The notes beneath the pieces were generated by a model. That model saw only the letters and a program-made list of their open reading frames with translations, was not told the DNA's origin and searched no databases. 64,000 nucleotides of DNA from Cyanobacteria bacterium J06626_4 (lineage in GTDB: Bacteria; Cyanobacteriota; Cyanobacteriia; Phormidesmidales; Phormidesmidaceae). Of this stretch, positions 9,932-21,096 are shown piece by piece; within the stretch, counting starts at the first letter, position 1, and each line of letters opens with the position of its first letter. Where the stretch lies: positions 128,001 through 192,000 of the forward strand of contig JBCBJQ010000001.1 of NCBI GenBank assembly GCA_038523235.1. The letters run 5' to 3'. The translations under genes and the position numbers were made by a program.

Positions 9932-10281
9932 CTGAATGGGGGCGACGCGCGTCGCGTCATCGCGGCCAGTCACCGTCGCCCATCGCCCGATTGGTGGACA
10001 AACCGTTAAGAAGCTGGCCAAGACCCAGACTTTCTACGACAAGTTCAGCCTTGATTTTAGGTGGATTTCGCCTTCAGGAAACGGCGATCGCCCCTACCAT
10101 TTGCCCCTCAAAAAGGTGGCCGAGCAAACGGATTCAGCAGCCTTGCTGGTCACCTTTGCCGCATACTTTTTGGGGCAACGCCCTGAGGATGCTGAGGCAA
10201 TCTTCTCCAGTGAGGGTTTCCGGCCCAATAACACTGTGATAGCCTCCATCAGGTATGGCCGATAGGTTAGGGGGCAGCGGC

Positions 10282-10761
10282 GTGATTGCGATTTACCCAG
10301 GAAGCTTTGATCCCATTACTCTAGGGCATCTGGATATCATTACCCGTGGTAGCCGCCTGTTTGAAAAGGTGGTGGTAGTGGTCTCTTCCAACCCTCAAAA
10401 GAGTCCCTTGTTTACGGCTAAACAGCGCATTGATCAGATTCAGGTCTCGGTCAATCACTTGAAAAATGTCGAAATCGACAGTTTTGAAGGGCTCACAGTA
10501 ACCTATGCCAGAATGAAGCAGGCTCAAGTTTTGCTGCGGGGGCTGCGGGTGCTATCTGACTTTGAAAAAGAATTGCAGATGGCTCACACCAATAAGACCC
10601 TGGCCGCCGACTTAGAGACCATTTTTTTGGCTACTTCAACCGAGTATGGCTTTTTAAGCAGTAGTCTGGTGAAAGAGATCGCCAAATATGGGGGGCCAGT
10701 AGATCACCTGGTGCCTCAGCATGTTGCCCGGGACATATACCGATGCTACGACAAGACTTAA
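10282..10761 (+). CDS. coaD: Pantetheine-phosphate adenylyltransferase
   Basis: Motifs [27 protein letters not shown] and FLSSSLVKE. Confidence 0.97.
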   Translation: MIAIYPGSFDPITLGHLDIITRGSRLFEKVVVVVSSNPQKSPLFTAKQRIDQIQVSVNHLKNVEIDSFEGLTVTYARMKQAQVLLRGLRVLSDFEKELQMAHTNKTLAADLETIFLATSTEYGFLSSSLVKEIAKYGGPVDHLVPQHVARDIYRCYDKT

Positions 10762-11510
10762 CCCCAACCAATGCCGCCAATGGCAACGCTGCTGAGCGAT
10801 CAGCGGTAGCTAATGAGGCGCCGGTCAATACCAGTGAAACTGTTAAACGTCTGGATATTCAGCAGTCTTTAAACGTCTTGGAAGAGCTGATTTTAGAGAG
10901 TCCTCGGGTGCCGTTTTCCGGTCGCACGCTGATTGACGAAGACCAACTCTTAGAACAGCTTGATCGGATCCGACTCAACCTGCCGACCGTTTTTCAAGAG
11001 GCGATGCAAATCGTGCAGCAGCGCGATCGCATCATCAGCGACGCTCAGCAATATGCTCAAGACATGATGACAGCAGCTGAGCAAGAAGCGGCCCGCCGCC
11101 TCGACGACATGGGCATTGTGCAGCAGGCTGAACATCAGGCCCGGCAGGTCAAACAGCAGCTTGAGCAAGATTGTGACGCGTTGCGATCGCAGACCCGCAC
11201 GGAAATCGAGCAGTGGCAAAATGCGGTCGAGCAATATTGGGAAGAGACTCAACAGCAAACCGAATCCGAATGTCGCGTTCTACGCCAGGATGCCGATGCC
11301 TATGCTGCAGAAGTGCTGCAGCGGATTGAGCACCAGTTGGCCGACATGATGCGGGTGGTGCGGAATGGCCGCACGGCGCTACCCGCTCAGGCGACGGCGA
11401 TCGAGGCGACTGTTCGCCCCCAAGAGACCACCAGTGCTAAACCCAAAGGCAATTCGCTGTCGGCAGCATCGGACTCGTCTCGTCAGAGCAAACCCCGCCG
11501 CTCGCAGTAG
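10743..11510 (+). CDS. DivIVA-like coiled-coil cell division protein (Cdv3-like)
   Basis: Motif [29 protein letters not shown] followed by coiled coil and ADAYA. Overlaps the 3' end of coaD. Confidence 0.75.
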   Translation: MLRQDLTPTNAANGNAAERSAVANEAPVNTSETVKRLDIQQSLNVLEELILESPRVPFSGRTLIDEDQLLEQLDRIRLNLPTVFQEAMQIVQQRDRIISDAQQYAQDMMTAAEQEAARRLDDMGIVQQAEHQARQVKQQLEQDCDALRSQTRTEIEQWQNAVEQYWEETQQQTESECRVLRQDADAYAAEVLQRIEHQLADMMRVVRNGRTALPAQATAIEATVRPQETTSAKPKGNSLSAASDSSRQSKPRRSQ

Positions 11511-11674
11511 CGGCGGCTGAAGATGGTATTTCCGAGGGATGATACACTCACGTCGCCTCTGGGGCCAGTGCTGTGCCGCTCCTCGCGCTTTTCCGAGTTG
11601 AGTCGTCTCAAGTCATGTGAGGACAATCATTGTGGGATGACCACAAAAAACGTCAAGCTTTTCCAAGAGACCCC

Positions 11675-12307
11675 ATGCTGAGCTACTTAAAAGGCACTCT
11701 GGCAGACATTCAAAAGCAGGGCGGCCATCGAGTGATGCTGACGATGGACGTCAATCAGGTGGGCTATGACCTCCAAATTACCAGCCGTTTTTTGTCGGAG
11801 CTACCGCCCCTAGGGGAACCGCTGCAGGCATTTTGTCATCTCCAGATTCGTGACGACCAACCAGTCATCTTTGGCTTTGCCAGCCGGTCAGAACGCGATG
11901 TGTTTCGACAGTTAGTGAGCGTCAGCGGCATTGGGCCCCAAATGGCGATGGCGCTGCTCGATACGCTGGGGTTTCAAGAACTGATTCAGGCGGTGGTATC
12001 TGGTAACACGCGGCTGATCTCGCGCACCAAAGGGGTGGGGGCGAAAACGGCTGAACGGCTGATCTTAGAATTGAAGACAAAGTTGGCAGAATGGCGACAG
12101 CAGTCAGGGCTCACACTAACGCCAGGCGGTGGCCCCATGGCCAATGTGCAAGAGGAGGTCGAAATGACCCTACTGGCCTTGGGCTATACCAATGGTGAAA
12201 TCATGAAAGCCTTGCAGGTTATAGGGCGCAGCAGTACCTTGGCGAAGAACGACAACACGGAAGACTGGATTCGCGAGGCGATCGCCTGGTTGAGCCAATC
12301 TTCATAA
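11675..12307 (+). CDS. ruvA: Holliday junction branch migration protein RuvA
   Basis: MLSYLKG start, HhH motifs VSGIGPQMA and GVGAKTAERLILELK, and C-domain LLALGY. Confidence 0.95.
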   Translation: MLSYLKGTLADIQKQGGHRVMLTMDVNQVGYDLQITSRFLSELPPLGEPLQAFCHLQIRDDQPVIFGFASRSERDVFRQLVSVSGIGPQMAMALLDTLGFQELIQAVVSGNTRLISRTKGVGAKTAERLILELKTKLAEWRQQSGLTLTPGGGPMANVQEEVEMTLLALGYTNGEIMKALQVIGRSSTLAKNDNTEDWIREAIAWLSQSS

Positions 12308-12405
12308 CGGCAAATGGTGTTTACCCCAAGCAGCTATGTTATGCTGAATAACTCTGTGCATAAAATCTGCGCGAAACATTCATCTGCTAAAGCACCTCGT
12401 ACCCT

Positions 12406-12675
12406 ATGGCACTATTACAAGAACGCAAACAGGAACTGATCTCGGAATACCAAGTTCACGAGACTGATACTGGCTCCGCTGAAGTGCAAATTGCCATGTT
12501 GACTGAGCGCATCAACAAACTCAGCCAGCACCTGCAGGGCAATAAAAAGGATTATTCTTCTCGGCGGGGTCTCCTCAAAATGATTGGCCGCCGTAAGCGC
12601 TTGCTATCTTACATCGCCAAGAAAGATGTCAATCACTACCGTGAACTCATCGGTCGCTTAGGCATCCGCCGATAG
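12406..12675 (+). CDS. rpsO: 30S ribosomal protein S15
   Basis: Motifs [13 protein letters not shown] and [23 protein letters not shown]. Confidence 0.98.
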   Translation: MALLQERKQELISEYQVHETDTGSAEVQIAMLTERINKLSQHLQGNKKDYSSRRGLLKMIGRRKRLLSYIAKKDVNHYRELIGRLGIRR

Positions 12676-12720
12676 GTATTAGCGTTTAGGTATTAGCTTT
12701 GCTGATCATGGAGCGTTGCA

Positions 12721-13251
12721 ATGTCCGCTGACTCAGAGAACGATCGTCTCCCCTTTGAACCCAACCGCAAGCGGAAGAAAGGGAAAGCAGAAACGACCCC
12801 ACCAGCAACTAGCAAGTCGGCTCAGCCGGTGGCTGAGACCTCCCAACGCGCTTCATCAGCAGCTAAGCCAATCGCTCGTTCGTCAAAAAAATCAGCCAAA
12901 AAGTATAGCCGTGAGGAGACCAGCATTCCTGAGGTGGTTAGCCGGCGAATGCTGAGACGAATGGTGTTTTTCTCTGGAGTTCCTGTCACGGTGGGGATTC
13001 TGGTATTTTTTGCCAGCTATGTGGCCATTGTTCAAGGCATCGCCGAGCTGCCCAATGTCGTGGTGCTGATGGTGACGCTAGCTTGTTTCGGTCTGAGCGT
13101 CGTGGGCTTAAGCTATGGTGCCCTCTCGGCCTCTTGGGAAGAAGCCGAAGAGGCTGGCTCAATGGTGGGCTTAAGCGAATTCCAGGTAAACTTTGAGCGC
13201 TTGGTCGGTGCCTGGCGGCAGACGCGCGAAGAACGGCAAAACAATTCCTAG
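12721..13251 (+). CDS. PAM68 family photosystem II assembly factor
   Basis: Motifs LPFEP, IPEVVSRRMLRRM, two TM helices and SYGALSASWE. Follows rpsO as usual. Confidence 0.9.
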   Translation: MSADSENDRLPFEPNRKRKKGKAETTPPATSKSAQPVAETSQRASSAAKPIARSSKKSAKKYSREETSIPEVVSRRMLRRMVFFSGVPVTVGILVFFASYVAIVQGIAELPNVVVLMVTLACFGLSVVGLSYGALSASWEEAEEAGSMVGLSEFQVNFERLVGAWRQTREERQNNS

Positions 13252-13441
13252 GCCCATCACCGTCTGGTATTTTGACCGTTTGTAGGATGCCAGTGACGCG
13301 ATCGCCGACGCATCTTTAACGGATTTCGCTCATCTAGCAGTTGAGTCTAAGGATTTCCCATTTTCAGCGATCAACAGTTGTCTTTCTTACCCTGATAAAG
13401 GGAAGATGGCTTCACTTAATGACGACTGCTGCATGGCTGCT

Positions 13442-14953
13442 ATGGCGATCGACTATCTTGAAAAAATACTCACTGCCCGAGTCTACGATGTCGCTCAAGA
13501 AACCCCTCTAGAACGGGCACCTCGACTGTCAGACCGGTTGGGCAACTCGCTTTATCTCAAGCGCGAGGATGTGCAATCGGTGTTTTCGTTTAAGCTGCGG
13601 GGCGCTTACAACAAGATGGCGCAGGTGTCGGCTGATCGTCTCGCTCCCGGCGTCATTGCCGCTTCGGCAGGCAACCATGCTCAAGGGGTAGCGTTGGGGG
13701 CTAAGCATTTGGGCACTTCGGCCCTGATTGTGATGCCGGTGACCACGCCAGAGCTGAAGGTCAAAGCGGTAGAAGATCGCGGTGGTATCGCGATCCTGCA
13801 CGGGGAGACCTATGACGATGCCTATGCCCATGCCTGCGAACTGGCCGCAGAGAAAGGGATGACATTGATTCATCCCTTTGATGACCCAGAGGTGATCGCA
13901 GGTCAGGGCACCATCGGCATGGAGATTTTGCGCCAGCATCAAAAGCCGATCCATGCTATTTTTGTCGCGATCGGAGGGGGGGGACTGATTTCTGGCATTG
14001 CCGCCTATGTGAAGCGGCTGCGGCCTGACATTCGCATCATTGGCGTCGAGCCGGTGGATGCCGATGCCATGAATCAGTCACTGCAAGCCGGCCAGCGCAT
14101 CAAACTCGATCGCGTGGGCTTGTTTGCCGATGGGGTGGCGGTCAAGCAGGTGGGGGCAGAACCCTTTCGGCTGTGTCAGCAATACGTTGATGAGATCATC
14201 TTGGTCAACACCGATGATACCTGTGCGGCCATCAAAGACGTGTTTGAAGATACCCGCTCCATTTTGGAACCCGCAGGGGCCTTAGCGATCGCGGGGGCTA
14301 AGGCCTATGTCGAACGGGAACACCTCTCTGACCAGACGCTCGTGGCAGTGGCCTGCGGGGCCAACATGAATTTTGATCGCCTGCGCTTTGTGGCTGAACG
14401 AGCCGAAATGGGAGAGCGACGAGAGGCGATTTTTGCAGTCAATATTCCTGAAGGCGCGGGCAGTCTACGTCAATTTTGCAAATGTCTGGGCAAACGCAAT
14501 CTGACGGAATTCAACTATCGCATTGCCGATCAGGCAGAGGCCCATATCTTTGTGGGTTTACAGGTCAAAGATCGCCAAGATGCCAACCAAATGGCAGCGA
14601 CATTTGAAACTCACGGTTTCAAAACCTTAGATCTCACTGATGATGAACTGACGAAAATGCACCTGCGGCATATGGTGGGTGGGCGATCGCCCTTAGCCCA
14701 TGACGAAGTCCTCTATCGATTTGAGTTCCCGGAAAATCCCGGAGCGCTGATGCGCTTTCTCAACGGCATGAGCCCCCATTGGAACATCAGCCTATTTCAC
14801 TATCGCAACCACGGTGCCGACTATGGCCGCATTGTCATTGGCATTCAGGTGCCCCCGGCGGAGATGCCCCAATGGCAAGCCTTTTTGGAAACCGTGGGCT
14901 ACCGCTACTGGAACGAGAGTGATAACCCGGCCTACCGCTTATTTCTGGCGTAA
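13442..14953 (+). CDS. ilvA: Threonine ammonia-lyase, biosynthetic
   Basis: PLP site KREDVQSVFSFKLRGAYN, SAGNHAQG and C-terminal regulatory domain SLFHYRNHG. Confidence 0.97.
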   Translation: MAIDYLEKILTARVYDVAQETPLERAPRLSDRLGNSLYLKREDVQSVFSFKLRGAYNKMAQVSADRLAPGVIAASAGNHAQGVALGAKHLGTSALIVMPVTTPELKVKAVEDRGGIAILHGETYDDAYAHACELAAEKGMTLIHPFDDPEVIAGQGTIGMEILRQHQKPIHAIFVAIGGGGLISGIAAYVKRLRPDIRIIGVEPVDADAMNQSLQAGQRIKLDRVGLFADGVAVKQVGAEPFRLCQQYVDEIILVNTDDTCAAIKDVFEDTRSILEPAGALAIAGAKAYVEREHLSDQTLVAVACGANMNFDRLRFVAERAEMGERREAIFAVNIPEGAGSLRQFCKCLGKRNLTEFNYRIADQAEAHIFVGLQVKDRQDANQMAATFETHGFKTLDLTDDELTKMHLRHMVGGRSPLAHDEVLYRFEFPENPGALMRFLNGMSPHWNISLFHYRNHGADYGRIVIGIQVPPAEMPQWQAFLETVGYRYWNESDNPAYRLFLA

Positions 14954-15127
14954 GTGAGATCAGCCTTGGACTTTTTGGCTCACGGCTAGGCAGATTCTAC
15001 AGCTCGCCACTTTGGAGCGAGATTCAGAGACGTCCCCGAAGCAGTCAGCAAACTGTTGACTCAGGGCGATCGCTTTTCTCAAACGCGATACAATACATTC
15101 GTTCTAGGTTGAGAGAGATGGGGATTT

Positions 15128-16294
15128 ATGCCAGTCAGCCCAGCTCAAATCCGCGCGGTCTTAGACGAAAAGCAGCAGCAGCTCACAGACTTTAATCAAA
15201 CTATGGGGGCTGATCTCCAGCGCTATCGCAAAGCCTGGCGCGCCCTGACCGCTGAGCCCTTCGAGCAAATCGCGCCACAGCTATCGGCACCGAGCATGGG
15301 TGCTCACTTGCTTGAACCCTTGACGACGGTCAACAAAGGAGTGATTCCCAATTCTCATCAGTGGGCCAACCGCGAAGACAGCCTAGGATGGGTGAAATCA
15401 AAGCTATCCGGCATCACCACCTTTGCCGTGGATGGCTCGCAAATCTTTCCCAGCAAAGATGTCTCTTTGCCCATTGCCCTAGTGCAAATTGGCTGGTTCG
15501 AGAATCCCCATGCTGCTAACGGCGAATACACCAAAGATATTGCCCTCGATGTCTTGACGCCAGAAGATTTGAAAGTTGGCCATCGCGGCGACCCGGTCGA
15601 TCGGCGGGTCAACATCCGCCGCTTTGAGATGGAAGTGCAACGACTGGTGGATTACATGGAAGCCTGTGCGCATCCTGAGCACACCCTGGTGCTGTTTGAT
15701 GGCTCCTTGGTGGTCACCTTTGCCGATGCCTTTGACCCCGAGAGTCAAAAAACCTATGTCGATGCCATGGTCAAGCTATTACAGACCAGCCAACGGCGGC
15801 GCGTGCCGCTGGTGGGCTACATCGACACATCTTACGCTCGCGATGTCACGACCTTGCTGCAGCACTATGACCCGAAACTGAAACCGGTAGAGGCGATTCA
15901 TGATGCGCAGCTGCTGGGGCGATTGATGAAATGGGGCGATCGCACGCCGCTGCTCCGCTGCGATCGCGAGGGCATTTTGACCCACTACGGCGACCAGCAG
16001 GATCAAGTGATCTTTAGCTATTTGCAAACCAGTCGCGATCGCCCCCCGGCCCGGCTGGAGATGCCCCACTGGCTGTGGGAAGCGGGGCTGGCGGCGTCAG
16101 TCATTGACTGGGTCAAAGCGGAAGTGATCGTGGGGGGCGGCTATCCTTATGCGATTGAAACCGCCGACCAAACCGCCGTTTTGCAGGCTCCCGATCGCCA
16201 GCTGTTTTATCGCATCTTGCAAGAGTGGGCTGACCGCGAATCGTTGAATGTACAATTCTCAAAAAAGCTGGTGAGCAAGCTGCGGCGGCGATGA
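15128..16294 (+). CDS. nurA: NurA-domain DNA double-strand break repair nuclease
   Basis: Acidic motifs FAVDGSQ and VLFDGSL, and C-terminal GYPYAIETAD. Confidence 0.8.
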   Translation: MPVSPAQIRAVLDEKQQQLTDFNQTMGADLQRYRKAWRALTAEPFEQIAPQLSAPSMGAHLLEPLTTVNKGVIPNSHQWANREDSLGWVKSKLSGITTFAVDGSQIFPSKDVSLPIALVQIGWFENPHAANGEYTKDIALDVLTPEDLKVGHRGDPVDRRVNIRRFEMEVQRLVDYMEACAHPEHTLVLFDGSLVVTFADAFDPESQKTYVDAMVKLLQTSQRRRVPLVGYIDTSYARDVTTLLQHYDPKLKPVEAIHDAQLLGRLMKWGDRTPLLRCDREGILTHYGDQQDQVIFSYLQTSRDRPPARLEMPHWLWEAGLAASVIDWVKAEVIVGGGYPYAIETADQTAVLQAPDRQLFYRILQEWADRESLNVQFSKKLVSKLRRR

Positions 16295-16384
16295 GGGACA
16301 GCGCTCCGCTGAGTACAGGCTGGCACCTCTCCTTAAGCAAGGCCACTTCGGGTTAAGCCAAACTCGTTTCTTTCTCCTCTGGGA

Positions 16385-16921
16385 TCAGATCGTCTCACCC
16401 GGTAAGGGCACCAGCACACAGCCTGCAATGCGCCAAGTGCTGTCGGCCTGCTGTTCCATAGGGTAGTAAGCGGTCATCCACTCGCCCACCGGCCCCAGCA
16501 CCAACAACGCCTGCACAGGACTCCCATCCACCCATTCCAAGTCACCAAACTCGACTGATTGAGGCCGGTAGACGGTGGCATACTGTGATCGCACCATCGC
16601 CATAAACTGATTAGCTGACTGAAATTGGGCTTGAATAGTTGGGCTCGCAAAGCTGAAGGCCAGCTCCGCGTCATCGGCCTGGAACGCGTCCAGTTGCTGT
16701 CGAATGACGGTTTTAATCGCGGCGTCATCGGCTTCGCTAAGCTCGCCAATGGCAGTCTGGGAAGATGTCGAGGGCGTTGGGGTGCGAACGGGGACCTGAC
16801 GAATGGTGGGAAATCGTTCCATAGACATCGGCTGTCGCCCCCACCAGGTGATGGATGCAGAGATCGCGACTAAGAGCCCTAACCCACCCAAAGCCTGATG
16901 ACGCTTCACGGCATTGCCCAA
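16385..16921 (-). CDS. DUF4864-like protein
   Basis: Motifs IRQQLDAFQADDAELAFSFASP, FMAMVRSQY and WRIAGC, with an N-terminal TM. Confidence 0.8.
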   Translation of the reverse strand: MGNAVKRHQALGGLGLLVAISASITWWGRQPMSMERFPTIRQVPVRTPTPSTSSQTAIGELSEADDAAIKTVIRQQLDAFQADDAELAFSFASPTIQAQFQSANQFMAMVRSQYATVYRPQSVEFGDLEWVDGSPVQALLVLGPVGEWMTAYYPMEQQADSTWRIAGCVLVPLPGETI

Positions 16922-17012
16922 CTCTGGCCTACTGTCTCAGCCTAACGATATTTGGGGAGAGCTGCCAGGTCGCGGCATCACTGAGCGCTCACGGAGCTAT
17001 TGCTCAAGGGGC

Positions 17013-18146
17013 TCAAGCCGCAAAGGGCATCGAGTCGGCATCTAAAATCGCCGTATAGAATTTCTGCAGCTGCTGGGTGGCAGCATTCCAGCCCCACTTT
17101 TCAGCTTCAATGCGGGCATTGCGACTCATTAGTTCGCGCTCAGCCCCGCGATCTAACAGGTGTTGGGTGGCGGCGATCGCCCCATTGTCGTCTTTGGGGT
17201 CAAACAGATAGCCGTTTTCGCCATCAGTCACAATGTCAGGAATGCCACCCGCGTTGGCTGCTACCACCGGGCAGCCCGCTGCCATCGCCTCTAGCAGCAC
17301 CAGCCCCAACGTTTCCGTGCGCGACGGAAAGATAAAGGCATCGGCGGAGGCATAGGCAGCCGCCAGTTCTTCTCCAGCCAGATAGCCGACAAAGTGGGTG
17401 TGGGTGTCGGCAAAGTGTTTTTCTAAGTCTTCGCGATGGGGGCCATCGCCCACCAAGGCCAGCCGGGCTTCGGGAATCGCCTCTAACACCGGCTTAATGC
17501 GATCAACTTCTTTCTCAGCTGAGAGGCGACCAATGTAGAGCAGCAGGGGCGCATCGGGATGACCCTGGCTGAGGCGATCGCGCATGTCGCGACTGGCTAA
17601 TGCTGGGCGAAACAGCTCGGTATCGACTCCCCGTTGCCAAACCTGCACCCGCTCGACCCCGTGGGCGCTGAGTTCCGACTGCATAGCGGTGGAGGTCACT
17701 AAATTCACCCGCGCCTGATTATGCACGGCTTTGATCAGCTCCCACATCACCCCTTCCAACATGCCCAGGCCGTAATGCTCCAGGTATTTGGGCAAGTGAG
17801 TATGGTAAGACGCCATGAGGGGAATGTTGAGCGTCTTGGCATAGAACAGTCCGGCCATGCCTAACACGGCGGGGTTCACGATGTGAATCAGATCCGGATT
17901 GAATTTTTCTAACGCCTCACCAATAGAAGGCCGCGGCAGGGCCAGCTTCAGTTCAGGATAGAGGGGAAACGCCAAGCCCGATACGCCGTGAATTTGCGCT
18001 CCCTGATAGCTTTTTAAGCCACCTTCTGGGCAAAACACCATAACCTCATCGCCCAGCCGCTGCAGATGTTCGACCGTATGCTTAAGACGGGTGACGATAC
18101 CGTCAACTTTGGGCAAAAACGTTTCGGTAAAGAGAGCTATGCGCAT
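17013..18146 (-). CDS. sqdX: Sulfoquinovosyldiacylglycerol synthase (GT4)
   Basis: Motifs MRIALFTETFLPKVDGIVTRL and ETLGLVLLEAMAAG. Lies downstream of sqdB. Confidence 0.93.
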   Translation of the reverse strand: MRIALFTETFLPKVDGIVTRLKHTVEHLQRLGDEVMVFCPEGGLKSYQGAQIHGVSGLAFPLYPELKLALPRPSIGEALEKFNPDLIHIVNPAVLGMAGLFYAKTLNIPLMASYHTHLPKYLEHYGLGMLEGVMWELIKAVHNQARVNLVTSTAMQSELSAHGVERVQVWQRGVDTELFRPALASRDMRDRLSQGHPDAPLLLYIGRLSAEKEVDRIKPVLEAIPEARLALVGDGPHREDLEKHFADTHTHFVGYLAGEELAAAYASADAFIFPSRTETLGLVLLEAMAAGCPVVAANAGGIPDIVTDGENGYLFDPKDDNGAIAATQHLLDRGAERELMSRNARIEAEKWGWNAATQQLQKFYTAILDADSMPFAA

Positions 18147-18189
18147 GGTCTCGTAACGGGGGCTAAAACATCACAACAAACACTCACAC

Positions 18190-18267
18190 AACACAAAAGA
18201 GGCTAGGTTTCACGATCCGGGTTGAAGCGATGTTGACTTCAGTGAATCTTTGAGAAACCCAACCTCC
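18190..18267 (-). terminator. Intercistronic hairpin followed by a U-rich tract between sqdB and sqdX
   Basis: On the minus strand GAGGTTGGGTTTC pairs with GAAACCTAGCCTC (G-U pairs allowed), followed by TTTTGTGTT. Confidence 0.45.
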
Positions 18268-18296
18268 TGTGTCGTTAGTGACTCAGCAAAACTCAT

Positions 18297-19457
<1,161 letters not shown>

Positions 19458-19689
19458 TCAAACACTTCGCTAATACTCGCTCAATTTATCAGCTTTGTGG
19501 CCCATAAACATAGTTTTCCGCAAAAGTTGCTCCGTCCCAAAACGGTTTCTCTATTTCTTTTGCCAGCGTGTTTGGGTCAAACCGAGTGGCTTTAAGGGCT
19601 TGCGGTTTTTGCTCTACAGCGGGGCTCTAGAGCCTGCGGTTTAAGCGCGCGATTCGCAACTTATTCAAGACGATTCAGCTGTCTATTGA

Positions 19690-20901
19690 TCAACTCATGG
19701 CAAGTCGAAATAACCACACTTGAGTCGTTTGCTCTGCGGAAAAGTTATTGTCACTGATCAGCCAGAGGCTAGCAGTACCGTCGGGCAGCGGCGGCCCCAA
19801 CGTCATGCCCTCCAAGTTATCGATCGCCGCCACCGGCAGCTCGAGCGTCGCAAAATCGAGCACCAGCTGCTTTTGAATCGGGTTGAGCTGCTCTAGGGTG
19901 GGCAGGCTGGCGAAGGTTGACACATCATTGGCGCTGCCGGTAGCCAGTTGAAAAAGTTTGATTTCAAAGCCGCGAATGCCATAGACCCGTTCGAGGGCGA
20001 GAAAATGTCCGCCTTGGTCAATAGAGAGGATTTCTGAGAGACCATTGCTGACTGCGCCTAAGGGTTCAAGGCTGAGAGGATAGGGGTATTCGGCAATAAA
20101 AGTCGATTGGTCAGGGCCGATGAGATAGTGCAAAAATCGGTTAACTAAGGGCTGCTCGGGGTTAGGGTCAAAGTCTTGGGCCAGCGCTGATTCCGTCGCC
20201 ATAAACAGGCGAAAGGGTTCAAAGGCGCCGGCGCTGGAGGCGGGGCCGAGGGTGAGGGCCTCAAACCCTTGGTTGTCGCGAATGCCGCGGGCAGCGGACT
20301 CGTCGGTGGCCGCAGTGGAGATAAAGCGGTCGGGAATGCGAAACGCCGTTTTGAGGACGCCCGTCGCTAGATCGTATTCGTTGAGGGCGGGGGGCGATTG
20401 GGTGGAGGCAACCCCTTCACTGGTAATCAGCAGCGATCGCCGGGGTGAGAGCGCCATGCCTTCGGGGTCGAGGCGATCTGCAGGGTATTCATCACCGTTA
20501 CTGTCTTTCAGGGTAGTGACCTGACGCACGTCAACGGACTGGATTTTGGACACGCCCTGAGCATCCAGCCCCGTTTGCATATCGAGGGTGTAGAAGCGGG
20601 AGGGGGCCAGTCGGCCGCGATCGTCTGACAGCGCATAAAACAGGTCGGTTTGCGCATCGTAGGCGAGCGCTGACAAACCGCCTACGGGCGTCTCGGCGAA
20701 GGTTTGCTCCGGCAAGACAGCGACATCTAACAGCTCAACGCTGAGGGGCAAGAACAGTCGATCTTCCGCACTCACCTGGGGCAAGGTACAGCTCACCGTT
20801 GAGAGGGCGATGAGGCCGATCAGCAGCCCGGCCATCGCCCTCACGCTCCAGGCAGGGCGGCACCAGCGCCGCCAACTGTCGCCCTGATCCAGTCTTCGCA
20901 T
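19690..20901 (-). CDS. Esterase-like activity of phytase family lipoprotein
   Basis: Motifs GGLSAL, ALSDDRG, DPEGM, NQGFEAL, DNLEGM and ISDNNF. Lipobox TVSC. Start uncertain. Confidence 0.85.
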   Translation of the reverse strand: MRRLDQGDSWRRWCRPAWSVRAMAGLLIGLIALSTVSCTLPQVSAEDRLFLPLSVELLDVAVLPEQTFAETPVGGLSALAYDAQTDLFYALSDDRGRLAPSRFYTLDMQTGLDAQGVSKIQSVDVRQVTTLKDSNGDEYPADRLDPEGMALSPRRSLLITSEGVASTQSPPALNEYDLATGVLKTAFRIPDRFISTAATDESAARGIRDNQGFEALTLGPASSAGAFEPFRLFMATESALAQDFDPNPEQPLVNRFLHYLIGPDQSTFIAEYPYPLSLEPLGAVSNGLSEILSIDQGGHFLALERVYGIRGFEIKLFQLATGSANDVSTFASLPTLEQLNPIQKQLVLDFATLELPVAAIDNLEGMTLGPPLPDGTASLWLISDNNFSAEQTTQVWLFRLAMS

Positions 20902-21096
20902 GACAGGTTGCTTCACGGTCACCCCCTTGATTGCAGTCGCTAAATTCCAGGGCCACCCATATCGCCACTCAGACGCTTCAGCAGCCCTCCCTATCGTAGA
21001 GTGAGTCACGCCCAGCGATGAGGCCCCCAGACTAGCCCTGACGGTGCATTGAGCTAACACCGCACCCGACGCCCTGATTTAATTAGGGTGTTCTAC

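Noticed and set aside
9936..10265. 109-aa ORF upstream of coaD
   Set aside because: No recognisable motifs, and it probably spans the coaD promoter region.
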